From Candidatus Gastranaerophilales bacterium (GTDB taxonomy: Bacteria > Cyanobacteriota > Vampirovibrionia > Gastranaerophilales > CALOAD01): a stretch of DNA of 64,000 nt. Position numbers and translations under genes: made by a program. A model generated the notes under the pieces. It worked only from the letters and a program-made list of their open reading frames with translations, was not told the origin of the DNA and did no database searches. Shown piece by piece: positions 1-10,560 of the stretch. Each line of letters opens with the position of its first letter. Within the stretch, counting starts at the first letter, position 1. The stretch spans positions 77,010-141,009 of the forward strand of contig CALOAD010000022.1 in NCBI GenBank assembly GCA_942491415.1, given 5' to 3'.

Positions 1-1
1 G

Positions 2-949
2 ACCCCATCAATTATTGATGCCTGTTATGAAAAACAAATCCCTATGGTTATGACACTTCATGACCCAATGATAGCTTGTCCTTGTAGAAAACTTTTAATA
101 TCAAATAAAGACTACTGTAAAGAAGAGCTTTGTGTAAATAAAAACCCTTTGCCGTGCATTTTAAACAGGTGTAAGCACGGGAAACTAACAGCTAGCATTA
201 TTGTTGCTTTGGAGCATTTAGTAAACAAGTATTTAAAAATATATGATAAGATTTCATATTTTGTTTGCCCTAGCGAAGCTATAAGAGAGCTAACTATTAG
301 AGCCGGCATTAATGAAAGTAAATTAATTACAATTAATCATTTCCTTGAAGATGCAAGGTTTACACAACAGTCAAACTATAATAACAACGGGTATTTCTTA
401 TATGTTGGTAGGTTATCAAAAGAAAAAGGTGTTGAGTATTTAATAAAAGCAATGTCATTATTATCAAAAGAAATAAGGCTCCATATTGTTGGAGAAGGGC
501 AAGAAAAAGAAAACTTGCACAAATTGGTTACCCAATTAGGTTTAACAAATATAGAATTTCTTGGTTATAAGAATGGCGAGGAACTTGAGAAAGAATATGC
601 TAATTGCATTTCAACAGTGCAGCCTTGCAATTGGTTTGAAACTTTTGGGCGTACTGTTATTGAATCATATCTTCAGGGCAAGCCTGTTATTGCTAGTAAT
701 ATAGGCGCTTTGCCTGAATTAATTGATAACGGTAAAACAGGTTATATAGTTGAGCCTACGAATATTGGTGAGCTAGCCTGTGCTATAGAGAAACTATATA
801 GTAATAATAACCTTGTCCTTGAAATGGGTAAAAAGGCAAGAAGGCTTGTTGAAGAAAAATTCAATTCAGATATTTACTACTCCAAGATGAGCCATGTTCT
901 TAATTTAACAATACCTAACAGACTTCAAAAAATTAATCTGCATAACTAG
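2..949 (+). CDS. Glycosyltransferase, GT-B fold family 4/1 (5' end outside window)
   Basis: The frame is open from the window edge, with no stop between 2 and the first ATG at 44. C-terminal GT1/GT4 signature: GRLSKEKG...ETFGRTVIESYLQGKPVIASNIGALPELIDNGKTGYIVEP. Confidence 0.8.
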   Translation, partial: TPSIIDACYEKQIPMVMTLHDPMIACPCRKLLISNKDYCKEELCVNKNPLPCILNRCKHGKLTASIIVALEHLVNKYLKIYDKISYFVCPSEAIRELTIRAGINESKLITINHFLEDARFTQQSNYNNNGYFLYVGRLSKEKGVEYLIKAMSLLSKEIRLHIVGEGQEKENLHKLVTQLGLTNIEFLGYKNGEELEKEYANCISTVQPCNWFETFGRTVIESYLQGKPVIASNIGALPELIDNGKTGYIVEPTNIGELACAIEKLYSNNNLVLEMGKKARRLVEEKFNSDIYYSKMSHVLNLTIPNRLQKINLHN

Positions 950-1035
950 TAAAGTTAGTAGTGCAATAGCAAAAGCAATTGAGTTATAGGTTTATAAAAT
1001 TATACATAATTTAGTAGCAAATAGAGGGGATAAAT

Positions 1036-2166
1036 ATGAGTAGCAAAATTAAAGGCATAATTGCCTTTACATTATTAATTAGTGTAGCGTTTAATTTGAG
1101 TACTAATATCTCTTATGCTGAAACAGCTGAGGTTAATTCTGTAGAAAGTTCGGTAGAAAAGAATGTGCAATTGTTACCTTCATTAGGAGATTACAATCAA
1201 TCAAATAATCTTGTGGCAAGAGAATATGTTCTTGGTGCAAGTGACACTATTGAAATAGATGTACTTGGCTCTGATGAGCTATCTAATAAATTATTAATAC
1301 AACCGGATGGTAAGATATCAATTCCTTATATGGAAGATTTTTATGTTGCAGGTAAAACTGTAGCTGAAGTTCAATTAATTATTAGTGACAGGTATAGCGA
1401 ATATTTAAACAATCCGGTTATTAATGTTAAAGTTACTCAATCAAGACCTTTCATTGTTTATATTTCAGGAGCTATTCTATGCCCGGGGAGTTATGAGCTA
1501 AATACTCGAACAAATCAATCATCGGCTTCTTCAAGACCAGAGGCATTTATTGAGAGAAAAACACCTTTGTTATCAAACGTTCTTGTTGCAGCAGGCGGGC
1601 TTACGTGTGAAGCAAATGCAGAGAATGTAACTATTACAAATGATTTAGATGGAACATTAAAAAAAGTAAACTTATTAAAACTTATAAAAGATTCTGACAG
1701 TTCACAGGATATGTACCTGATGGCAGGCGATAGAATTCATATACCAAAATTTAAATCTAAATATCACATTGATGAAAATAAATATAAAACACTGGTTTCA
1801 TCTACTTTATTCCAAAAAACAATTCCTGTTAAAGTTGTAGGTTATGTAAAAGACCCGGGATTAATAACTTTAAAATGCCAGCAATCAGCAAATCTTTCTT
1901 CCGCTTTAGCAAAAGCCGGCATGTCTCAAGGTAAATCTGCTTATATGCCATCAAAAGTTATTGTCACAAGACCTGATGGAGATAATAATAATAAGCTATG
2001 CTCTTTTAAGGTAGATCCAAGACAAAATGATATTCCATTGATGGCAAATGATATAATCTATGTTCCATTAAAAATTAGACATGGAATAGGTCTGCTCTTT
2101 GACTATATGGGTAGATTAGCCTCACCCTTCTATATGGGAGGTAGGGCATATAACGAATTTGATTAA
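1036..2166 (+). CDS. Polysaccharide export protein (Wza-like, Poly_export + SLBB)
   Basis: N-terminal signal-like segment. DTIEIDVLGSDELSNKLLIQPDGKISIPYMEDFYVAGKTVAEVQLIISDRYSEYLNNPVINVKV is a typical Poly_export motif. RBS GAGGGG lies upstream of the ATG. Confidence 0.8.
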   Translation: MSSKIKGIIAFTLLISVAFNLSTNISYAETAEVNSVESSVEKNVQLLPSLGDYNQSNNLVAREYVLGASDTIEIDVLGSDELSNKLLIQPDGKISIPYMEDFYVAGKTVAEVQLIISDRYSEYLNNPVINVKVTQSRPFIVYISGAILCPGSYELNTRTNQSSASSRPEAFIERKTPLLSNVLVAAGGLTCEANAENVTITNDLDGTLKKVNLLKLIKDSDSSQDMYLMAGDRIHIPKFKSKYHIDENKYKTLVSSTLFQKTIPVKVVGYVKDPGLITLKCQQSANLSSALAKAGMSQGKSAYMPSKVIVTRPDGDNNNKLCSFKVDPRQNDIPLMANDIIYVPLKIRHGIGLLFDYMGRLASPFYMGGRAYNEFD

Positions 2167-2213
2167 ACAAAAGCTATAAGTGTCAAATTTAATTAGCGAG
2201 AAGGGATATAGAA

Positions 2214-4454
2214 ATGTTTAATAAAGAAAAAAGTGTTATAAAATCTTTAATACAAAATGAAAAAAAGCTGCTTATAATAGGACTTATTGCAGGACTAAGT
2301 GTATTCTTATTCTATTGGATATTTTTTTATACGTCACTTTATAAATCGGAATGTAAGCTATATGCAAAAAATATAGTAAAATCCGACTTGGTATCCTCAT
2401 ACGGTAGCGGTAAGTCGCTTGTTTCTGAAAGTGGATACAGTAACCCGCTATTTAATCTTTATGAGATTTTAAAGTCTGAAAATATGTCAGATCAAATATA
2501 TCCGATTATTAAAGAAAAATATCCTGAAGATTTAGCTGCTTTAGGTGCGTCAAGCGAAAAGAAGTTTTTTGAAACTTATCCAAAGCTTATTAGTGCTATT
2601 GTTGAACCATCAACAGATATCGTTATGTTAGAGCTATTATGGCCAAATAAAAAACATGCACCAATCATTTTGCATGAAATTGTTAAACAATTTAGAGGCG
2701 AAAATCTTGATATTATGAAAACAGGTGAGTCTCAAAAGAGGGAATTTATTAATAAACAAACAGTAGAAGTATCTCAGAAGCTTGAAAATATCAGAAATGA
2801 AATTAAAAACTATAAGCAAGAACATGCGGTAGCAAATATTGCAGTTGAAACAGAAAACATCATCAATCAAAGATTAGACTTAGAAAAGCAAGCCCGTGTT
2901 CTTAATTCTCAAGTAGCATATAGCAGAAGTAAATTAAAAGAATTTGCTCGTGAATTAAATATCAAGGATGCAAATGCTGCATTGATAGCAACAGGTATTG
3001 GTACTGACCCATATCTGGTAAAATTAAGCCAGGACCTTGCAGGGGCTAAAAAGAAGCTTGCTCATATGAAAGGAATCTATAAAGATAAGTTCCCTACAGT
3101 TGTATCTGTTCAAAATGAAATTAATGAGCTTCAATCATTAATAGATGTTAGAAAGCGAGAAACAGTAGCTAGTGCAAATTTACCAAGGGCTATATATGAT
3201 AAAGCATCTGCAAATATTGCAACAGATTTTGCAATTACTCAAGCTGAAATGGTTTCAATGCAAACCCAGCTTGAGACTCTTCAAGAATCTATTAAGGAGC
3301 TTAAAGAAAGAGAACATCAGCTTCCCGCTATTCAAATTGGACTAGATAAGTTAATTAAAGATGAACTAGCTTTAGCCAGCGCATACCAGAATATAAAGCA
3401 AAAACAACTTGAAGCTAATATGAAAGAAAGCGAAGTTATTGATAACCTTGTTGTTTTAAATCAGCCATCAAAAGGTGAACCTTTAAGCTTTTTCTTGTTA
3501 ACAAGGTTTATAGGCTTTATCCTTCTTGGAGGTTTAATAGGCTTAGTTGTTGCTTATGTAAAACAAGGCTTAGAAGATAAATGGCTAAGCATCAATGAGA
3601 TGAAGACTCTAACTGGTAGAAATATTATAGGACCTATCCCTTGGGTTAAAGAACGAGATTCAGAGATGGCGAGTCATATTATAAACGCTGCATACACTAA
3701 TATCGCCAGTGAAATAGTTTCAAAAGCTTACTTGAATGAGACTTATGTTCTGTCATTTATTTCAAATAACGAAAATCAAAGCAAGTCTTCTATAACAGAG
3801 AAAGTCTCAAGAAAAATTGCTGAAATGGACAAATCCGTTCTTTTAATAGATCTTGTTCAAAATGATAGTACTGATTTTGACTTGATTAAAGCAATGGAGC
3901 TTATACACAAAGAAGTTAGATACAATAATGATGAACATACAGCAGAAGAGTTTGCCTTGAATGCTCAAAATAAAGATAAAGAACAAATGGCCAGTGCTAA
4001 ATCCTTACAGGACAAGATTTATGACATCTTAAAAGATGCCATTAAAAAACAATATAATGAAAGCAATTTAGAGATAGCAAACTATCAGAAAATTGAAACA
4101 AATATTCAATCAACACACTTAAATGACTATATAGCAAGTAGGGCATTTAAATATATAATAAATATTCTTAAGAATCATTATGAATTTATCTTCATTAACT
4201 CGCCTCATGGATTTGTTTTGCTACCTGAGATTCAAACACTTAAAAATACATCTGAAGGTGTTGTTTTAATAGCATCTTTAAGATCAAGCAAGCAAAACTT
4301 AATAAATCTTTCTAATGACTTAAGTGAATCAGGTATAAAAACCTTAGGTATATTAGCAAGAGAAGAGAATTCAGGATTAGAGAAACACTTTACTACTTTT
4401 GAGCAGAAAAAACTTTTAGAAAAGCTTGACCAGGAGCTAACTAATGCTCAGTAA
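2214..4454 (+). CDS. Polysaccharide co-polymerase / Wzc-GumC-like chain-length protein with degenerate C-terminal kinase-like domain
   Basis: N-terminal TM, long coiled-coil periplasmic region, second TM (FFLLTRFIGFILLGGLIGLVVAY), then a cytoplasmic domain with ...SVLLIDL. No GxxxxGK[ST] Walker A (reads NNENQSKSS) and no C-terminal Tyr cluster. Confidence 0.7.
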   Translation: MFNKEKSVIKSLIQNEKKLLIIGLIAGLSVFLFYWIFFYTSLYKSECKLYAKNIVKSDLVSSYGSGKSLVSESGYSNPLFNLYEILKSENMSDQIYPIIKEKYPEDLAALGASSEKKFFETYPKLISAIVEPSTDIVMLELLWPNKKHAPIILHEIVKQFRGENLDIMKTGESQKREFINKQTVEVSQKLENIRNEIKNYKQEHAVANIAVETENIINQRLDLEKQARVLNSQVAYSRSKLKEFARELNIKDANAALIATGIGTDPYLVKLSQDLAGAKKKLAHMKGIYKDKFPTVVSVQNEINELQSLIDVRKRETVASANLPRAIYDKASANIATDFAITQAEMVSMQTQLETLQESIKELKEREHQLPAIQIGLDKLIKDELALASAYQNIKQKQLEANMKESEVIDNLVVLNQPSKGEPLSFFLLTRFIGFILLGGLIGLVVAYVKQGLEDKWLSINEMKTLTGRNIIGPIPWVKERDSEMASHIINAAYTNIASEIVSKAYLNETYVLSFISNNENQSKSSITEKVSRKIAEMDKSVLLIDLVQNDSTDFDLIKAMELIHKEVRYNNDEHTAEEFALNAQNKDKEQMASAKSLQDKIYDILKDAIKKQYNESNLEIANYQKIETNIQSTHLNDYIASRAFKYIINILKNHYEFIFINSPHGFVLLPEIQTLKNTSEGVVLIASLRSSKQNLINLSNDLSESGIKTLGILAREENSGLEKHFTTFEQKKLLEKLDQELTNAQ

Positions 4455-5979
4455 ATTATATAGAATTCCATTTGAATTCCCTTTTGAATTTTGGAAAAGG
4501 TTGTTTATTGTTGCTGGAGCATATTTTCTTGCTCAATTAGCAATATTAATAGTAAATTTACCTGTAATGGTTGATAACAGCCTTCTTTTTTCTATTTATT
4601 TCTGTGGAGCTTTAGCTGCAATGGTAATTGTCCCAAAGATAGTAACTAATCCAATTTCAAATTATATAATAGTGCAAGCTATGTTTTTCTGGTTTGCACT
4701 TAATAAAGTAATGTCGAATTCCTTACATTTTAGCTTCAAGCCACATGCCCTTGTATTTGGCTTTACTTTTTGTATTGGCAGTTTTTATTTATTAAAGTAC
4801 TTTAGTTATCTATGGAAGTTTATTGCATTTAGGTGTTATTTTATATTCTTTTTGATAAATATAATATATTATTTTTATCATTACTCCTTATTCAATATAA
4901 GTGATTATAGTACTTTCGGAGTTAAGTGGGCTTCAGAGGGCTTTAATGCTAAAACGATAGCGTTTATAGACAGTATTGCTTTTCTTATGTGTACAGTTGT
5001 ATCACTTTGTGCTACTCAGTTTTTAAGAAGCAAATTTGATATCGACAAGCTTATTTATCAAATAAGCAAGGTGTTTTGTTATTGTTTTATAGGGTTTACT
5101 CTAATATTCCCTTTTATTATTAATAATAAAATATCAGGCGACCAAATATATTTACCAATTTACTTATTGTTAATGCTTGGGTTTAAGTATTATATAGATA
5201 ATAATAAAAACTTGAGTTTTATTTCTGACAGGTTCAAAAACCTTATGAGCTTGAGCATTCTTTTTGTTTTTGGGATTGCTATATTTGGTTCAAATAAATC
5301 TTCTATTATAGGAATTTTAGCTTCTGTATTTTTATTTACACTTACAAATAAACGGCTTGGCTTTAATTTAAACTTTTTAAATGGAATTAATAAAAACTTT
5401 AAACTAATATCTTTGATTATTGCAAGCATTGTCTCTGTTGGGGCAATTATACTGTTTAATGTTCCGGAAATTATGTACATGAGCATTAAAAATGTTTATA
5501 TAGCATTGACTGGTCATAAAATTACCTCTTTTTATATAAGACTTAGCAACTGGGACTTATTTTTAAACTACTGGAAGTGGAATTTAGACATTTTTCATTC
5601 TATTTTTGGTTTTGGCTTGGGTAAGTCTCGTGAGGTAATGTACCTCTTAACTCAATCTCAATATGCTAAGAGATTCTATATGCAAACTACTCATAATCAA
5701 ACTTTTGAGTTGTTCTTTGATTATGGGTTGATGGCAACATTATTTTATATACCAATTATTACAATTATTTATAACAACATTAAAATACTATTTTGCTCTT
5801 TTGCATCAAAAAACTTGCAGCTTATAAGCAACCTTAGTAATTGCTTGTTGGTGTTTTATCTGATTTATCATTTGACTGATAATATGAGAGTGCCTACTGC
5901 TATTATTTTCTTTAGTGCATTAATGATGGTAGAAGGAATCAAATACAAGCTAAAAGCTATTGATGAAAACGAAAAATAA
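4444..5979 (+). CDS. O-antigen polymerase/ligase-like (Wzy-type) polytopic membrane protein
   Basis: At least 10 hydrophobic segments. TTHNQTFELFFDYGL resembles the Wzy_C/O-antigen ligase motif. Overlaps the upstream gene by 11 nt. Confidence 0.6.
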   Translation: MLSKLYRIPFEFPFEFWKRLFIVAGAYFLAQLAILIVNLPVMVDNSLLFSIYFCGALAAMVIVPKIVTNPISNYIIVQAMFFWFALNKVMSNSLHFSFKPHALVFGFTFCIGSFYLLKYFSYLWKFIAFRCYFIFFLINIIYYFYHYSLFNISDYSTFGVKWASEGFNAKTIAFIDSIAFLMCTVVSLCATQFLRSKFDIDKLIYQISKVFCYCFIGFTLIFPFIINNKISGDQIYLPIYLLLMLGFKYYIDNNKNLSFISDRFKNLMSLSILFVFGIAIFGSNKSSIIGILASVFLFTLTNKRLGFNLNFLNGINKNFKLISLIIASIVSVGAIILFNVPEIMYMSIKNVYIALTGHKITSFYIRLSNWDLFLNYWKWNLDIFHSIFGFGLGKSREVMYLLTQSQYAKRFYMQTTHNQTFELFFDYGLMATLFYIPIITIIYNNIKILFCSFASKNLQLISNLSNCLLVFYLIYHLTDNMRVPTAIIFFSALMMVEGIKYKLKAIDENEK

Positions 5980-5980
5980 C

Positions 5981-6439
5981 TTACGGTTTAAAAGCATCTT
6001 TGATTGAATCGTAATGAGTAAAATCATTTAGCATTTTACACATCCAAGCATTTTTTGCTTTTATTTCAAGTGCTCCATCATTTTCAATAACTTCTAAGCT
6101 AGACAAATTACAGAACTTAAAAACACCTTTAAAATAAATATCATCTTTATAATACGTTGGTTCATTAATAATTAGTGAATCAGCATCAAAAACACCTTTG
6201 TCTCTTGTAGACATTTCAGGTGGTAAACTTTGAACCCTTAAGTCTTGTGAAAATTTTAAAATCTTATTTGTTTTATTATAAATAATCCCACCATAGTTCT
6301 TTTTTGAATGCAGAATAAGTTCAGTTCTTTTTTTAAAAAAGTAGTTGATAAACTTAGGCTGATTTTGAATTGTCAAAATCCCTATGCTTATAAAAAACAA
6401 AGATAATATAGATATTCCTATTTTTAATTTAGTATTCAT
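5981..6439 (-). CDS. Hypothetical membrane-anchored protein
   Basis: 152-aa ORF with one N-terminal TM (KIGISILSLFFISIGILTI). No recognisable domain. Confidence 0.45.
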   Translation of the reverse strand: MNTKLKIGISILSLFFISIGILTIQNQPKFINYFFKKRTELILHSKKNYGGIIYNKTNKILKFSQDLRVQSLPPEMSTRDKGVFDADSLIINEPTYYKDDIYFKGVFKFCNLSSLEVIENDGALEIKAKNAWMCKMLNDFTHYDSIKDAFKP

Positions 6440-6586
6440 TTTAAACTTCCATTATTAACTTATAGTTTGAATCTACCATAAAGTTTAATAAGATTATTCA
6501 TCTCAATTGAACTCTAATGGCTAATATGTTTCTATGCTGATTGATTGGAAAATTTCAATATGAGTTATATGGCAAGGAGATTTTTC

Positions 6587-7750
6587 ATGAAAAAACTAGC
6601 AATAGTTGCGGATAAAATTTGTGGCGATTTAGGCGGGGCTGAAAGTATCACATTTAACACATTGGATATATTTCCGAATACACCTGTTTATATAACAGTG
6701 TGCGATAAAAAAATATTGCCCGATCAGTATAAAAGTACAAACATTATACCAAGTTTTGTTCAAAACCTGCCTCTAGCTAAAAAAATATACAAGGCATATC
6801 TTCCATTAATGCCATTAGCTATGGAAGGATTAAATATGCAAGATTATGATGTAATATTTTCATCACATCACTCTGCCGCAAAAAGTATTATCCCTCGCCC
6901 TGATGCTTTTCATGTGTGTTATTGTCACTCTCCTGCAAGATATCTTTGGGATTTATATTGGACTTATGCAAAATTAAATGGTTTTAATTCAATAACAAAT
7001 TCACTTGTGCAGGTTATATCACAATATTTAAGAATGCTTGATGTAACAAGTTCTAGCAGAGTCGATTTGTTTTTGGCAAACTCAAAATATACAGCAGCTA
7101 GGATAAGAAAATTCTATAGAAGAAATGCCTATGTGCTTCACCCGCCTGTTGAAACAAATAAATTTAAGTACCAAAGTACAGATGATTACTATTTTATGGT
7201 GGGAAGACTAGTTGCCTATAAGGGGTTTGAGCTTGCAATAGATGCTTTTAATGAATCAGGAAAGAAGTTAATTATTGCCGGTAGTGGACCTGAATATAAC
7301 AGATTAAAATCAAAGGCAAATAAAAATATTGAACTTTTAGGTCGAGTTTCTGATGAAGATTTAATTAAGTATATGAACAATTGCAAAGGCTATATATTCC
7401 CCGGTAAAGAAGATTTTGGAATTGTCATGGCTGAAGCTCAATCTGCGGGTAAGCCTGTAATAGCCTTTGGTGAAGGTGGAGCCTTCGATATTGTTATTGA
7501 TAATCAAACAGGGGTTTTGTATAAAGAGCAAACAGTAGAATCTTTGAATAATGCTATACAAGTATCTGAAAATATTAAGTGGAACCATTCTTATATTGAA
7601 GAACATTCAAGACAGTTTGATAAAGAAATGTTTAAAAATAAGTTAAACTATATTATTAGTAATGCTGACAGATATTGTCAACTTACAGAGCAAGAAATTA
7701 TTGAAGATATTAATAGCTATTCGCTAGAAGCTTTATCAAATAAAATTTGA
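6587..7750 (+). CDS. Glycosyltransferase family 4/1
   Basis: GRLVAYKGFELAIDAF...EDFGIVMAEAQSAGKPVIAFGEGGAFDIVIDNQTGVLY. The start was moved to ATG 6587 (MKKLAIVADK), which has AAGGAG 7 nt upstream; the ORF-track start at 6545 is a TTG. Confidence 0.85.
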   Translation: MKKLAIVADKICGDLGGAESITFNTLDIFPNTPVYITVCDKKILPDQYKSTNIIPSFVQNLPLAKKIYKAYLPLMPLAMEGLNMQDYDVIFSSHHSAAKSIIPRPDAFHVCYCHSPARYLWDLYWTYAKLNGFNSITNSLVQVISQYLRMLDVTSSSRVDLFLANSKYTAARIRKFYRRNAYVLHPPVETNKFKYQSTDDYYFMVGRLVAYKGFELAIDAFNESGKKLIIAGSGPEYNRLKSKANKNIELLGRVSDEDLIKYMNNCKGYIFPGKEDFGIVMAEAQSAGKPVIAFGEGGAFDIVIDNQTGVLYKEQTVESLNNAIQVSENIKWNHSYIEEHSRQFDKEMFKNKLNYIISNADRYCQLTEQEIIEDINSYSLEALSNKI

Positions 7751-8325
7751 TTAATTTTTAAAGCAAATAGTTCCAAGTCTTTTTTATTTTCTTTATCAGA
7801 ATATAAAATTATACAGCCATAAGATTTAATAGGTTTATTCATTAATTTTTTCAAGATTATAGATTCCCAAAAGTTTACTCTTGATGTGAAAGTTTTATCC
7901 AAGTCTGTATACCAGTAAATAAAAGAGTACTCTTTATTTCTCTTATTAGCTTTTATAGTGTTTATATTTAAATTTTGTGCAATTTGTTTTTTTGACTTTT
8001 CTAAAAAGTTAAAACCTTGCAATACATAACATACTTGTGGATCGTGTACGCTTTTTTTATTGTTTGCAAGTACAAGTGCCAGATTTATCTCATTATCGTT
8101 TAGTTTGTAAGTTCTCAACACTAAATTTTCTTTTAAAATTTCACTATAAACAGGTGAGTTTTTTTCTAACTTAACATCAATCCCCAAATAATTGTTTATG
8201 TTCTCAGGAAACCAATTTGCTACTTTATAATTTTTAGACGAGGTTATACTAGGAGCTAGATTTGTAAAGGCATACAAGGTTAATAATATTGTTATTATAA
8301 AAACTTCCTTACTTTGCTTCAACAT
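7717..8325 (-). CDS. EpsI-family exosortase-associated protein
   Basis: N-terminal anchor, conserved HDPQVCYVLQGF motif, and a 17-nt overlap with the exosortase gene upstream. Confidence 0.6.
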   Translation of the reverse strand: MLKQSKEVFIITILLTLYAFTNLAPSITSSKNYKVANWFPENINNYLGIDVKLEKNSPVYSEILKENLVLRTYKLNDNEINLALVLANNKKSVHDPQVCYVLQGFNFLEKSKKQIAQNLNINTIKANKRNKEYSFIYWYTDLDKTFTSRVNFWESIILKKLMNKPIKSYGCIILYSDKENKKDLELFALKINQILFDKASSE

Positions 8326-9157
8326 AATTTCGCTCCTCTACCAATCCATTAACCAGAATTATTATGGCAAGGGTAATTGCAAAAATAATCACACCAGCCC
8401 AGTAGTGAAAAGCTTCAACACCTTTTAGTCCGTTATATACAACATAAAAAGCAATTAATATTATTCTCGTTATATTTCCTGCAAAAGAGCAGATCATTGC
8501 AAAAGAAAGTAAGCCTATTTTTTGCAATGTTGAAATATTTTTAAAATAGCACAACATTAAACTAACTATTAATAAAGACGATAGAGATTTAACGCCTGTA
8601 CATCCCGCAGCAACTGTAACAGGATTATTGTCTATAAAAATACTTGAACCGAAATTTTGTGCATTTATATTAAAAAATACAAGAACTTGAGTTGCTATAT
8701 CAGACAAAATAATTTGTAGCGGAGCCGTTAGCCTTGTAATTGGCAAAACGGGGATCGAAACGAATACTAGAATAATTACAGGCAATACCGCTTTAAATAT
8801 TTTTGCTCCATATAGAAATAAAACGGTTCCTGAAACTATCAAAGGAAAAGATAATCCTAAAAATAAAGGAACATCAGCTCTAATAGCTATAAAGTATAAT
8901 GCAAAGCCTATCAGTAAGGGTATAAGCCCTAGATTTAAAGGTTTTTTGTCTATTTGAGATAAAACATTAGATTTAACCTGAAAGAATTGATATATAAAAA
9001 TGCAAAGAAATGGAAAGAAAGAGTAAAAAGAATCAAAATCTGTCCATTTTTTAAACCAGTCGGGAATATAGCTTAAATAAAGAAATATTGTAGAAAACAG
9101 CACTAATAAGCTAGTGCCGTTTCGTTTAATAAAATCTGTAGTTCTAGGTACGTCCAT
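8309..9157 (-). CDS. Exosortase (EpsH/Xrt family transpeptidase)
   Basis: Polytopic membrane protein with the three exosortase signature residues in context: AAGCTGVKSL (Cys), GNITRI (Arg) and FHYWAG (His). Confidence 0.75.
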   Translation of the reverse strand: MDVPRTTDFIKRNGTSLLVLFSTIFLYLSYIPDWFKKWTDFDSFYSFFPFLCIFIYQFFQVKSNVLSQIDKKPLNLGLIPLLIGFALYFIAIRADVPLFLGLSFPLIVSGTVLFLYGAKIFKAVLPVIILVFVSIPVLPITRLTAPLQIILSDIATQVLVFFNINAQNFGSSIFIDNNPVTVAAGCTGVKSLSSLLIVSLMLCYFKNISTLQKIGLLSFAMICSFAGNITRIILIAFYVVYNGLKGVEAFHYWAGVIIFAITLAIIILVNGLVEERNYVEAK

Positions 9158-9767
9158 ATTTGTTACTATATCTTGCTAGTATAAATTTATCTATCGATAG
9201 TAGCTTAAAGCCAATAAGTAAATATACTATAGAAAATAATAGTAAATTACCAAGTGTTTTTATATTAATCTTGGTGTATGCCATATTTAAATAATTAATT
9301 TGAGAATATAGGTTTTTATCTAATTCTTTAATTTCATTATTTACCTGTTTAATTTCTTCCGGATCAAGATCAACACTATACTTTAAGTCTTCTTTAATTG
9401 TTGTTGTTTCTGTCTTTATAGTTTGAATGCTACTATTTTTTACTGAGTTCATAGATATACCATATAAAATTATATCTATAGAAAGTAAAAATGAAGTAAT
9501 TAAGCATATTGCACCAAAAGAGAACTTTGAGTATTTAAGTATCGTTTCTTTTCTTTTATGTTTTAAAAGTGTTATGCCGAATAAAGTTGTAATTATACCT
9601 AAGAACATAAGGATTAAAACGCCCGGCATTTTTTGGGAAACTACAAAAACCCATTGTGCATTCTTTATCAGGAAGGGGTATAGTGTTTCATAACAATTTA
9701 GTAATGAATGGAATATTATACCGATTCCAAACAATATTAGAATTAATGAAAATTCTCTTAATTTCAT
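9144..9767 (-). CDS. Hypothetical integral membrane protein in the exosortase operon
   Basis: 207-aa ORF with about 4 TM segments flanking a polar segment. Overlaps the exosortase start by 14 nt. Confidence 0.45.
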   Translation of the reverse strand: MKLREFSLILILFGIGIIFHSLLNCYETLYPFLIKNAQWVFVVSQKMPGVLILMFLGIITTLFGITLLKHKRKETILKYSKFSFGAICLITSFLLSIDIILYGISMNSVKNSSIQTIKTETTTIKEDLKYSVDLDPEEIKQVNNEIKELDKNLYSQINYLNMAYTKINIKTLGNLLLFSIVYLLIGFKLLSIDKFILARYSNKYGRT

Positions 9768-9803
9768 CTACTTTCCTCGCTTATACTTTTATTGATAGTT
9801 AAT

Positions 9804-10517
9804 TTAAACAGCTCCTTTTCCAAATAAAACCACAGGTATGGTTTTAAATAGAATCTTAAAATCCTCTATTATTGACCAATTTTTTAGATAGTTATATTCA
9901 AGTCTTATCACATCATCAAAGTTTTTAATATTAGACCTGCCATTAACTTGCCATGGTCCGGTTAACCCAGGTAACATAGAAAACCTTACAAAATGGCGAT
10001 CTTCATAGCATTCAACATCATCTATTAGAGGAGGTCTAAAACCAACTAGGCTCATTTCGCCTGTTATAACGTTGAATAATTGAGGAAGCTCATCAATACT
10101 GTACTTTCTAATAAATTTACCTATATTTGTAATTCGTGGGTCATTATCTATTTTGAAATTTAATCTATCTACCTTATGAAGTTCTCTTAGTTTTTCCTGT
10201 TCTTTTTCTGCATCATTAGACATGCTTCTAAACTTGTATATATAGAATTCTTTACCATATTGCCCTTTTCTTCTCTGCTTGAACAAGACAGGTCCTTTTG
10301 ACTCAAGTTTAATAGCTATTGCAGTTGTCAGCAATATTGGGCTTATAGTTATAATACCGGCGAGTGCTGCTGTTAAATCAAATATTCTTTTAATAAAGTG
10401 TTGGTTTGGTCTTGTGTAGCTGGGAGATAAGCTGCTGGCTACTGAAAATAGACCCTTGGTTAATATTGGTTTTTGTTCAACAGAAATATTGTTTGCGCAT
10501 AATCCTATGGTATTCAT
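9804..10517 (-). CDS. Undecaprenyl-phosphate sugar phosphotransferase (bacterial sugar transferase, priming enzyme)
   Basis: IKRIFDL...LFKQRRKG...F.IYKFRSM...DELPQLFNVITGEMSLVGFRPP. The start is set to ATG 10517, preceded by GAGGGGA. Confidence 0.85.
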   Translation of the reverse strand: MNTIGLCANNISVEQKPILTKGLFSVASSLSPSYTRPNQHFIKRIFDLTAALAGIITISPILLTTAIAIKLESKGPVLFKQRRKGQYGKEFYIYKFRSMSNDAEKEQEKLRELHKVDRLNFKIDNDPRITNIGKFIRKYSIDELPQLFNVITGEMSLVGFRPPLIDDVECYEDRHFVRFSMLPGLTGPWQVNGRSNIKNFDDVIRLEYNYLKNWSIIEDFKILFKTIPVVLFGKGAV

Positions 10518-10560
10518 AGTAAATCCCCTCACTCTTTTCTCTCGTAATTATTGTATTAGC

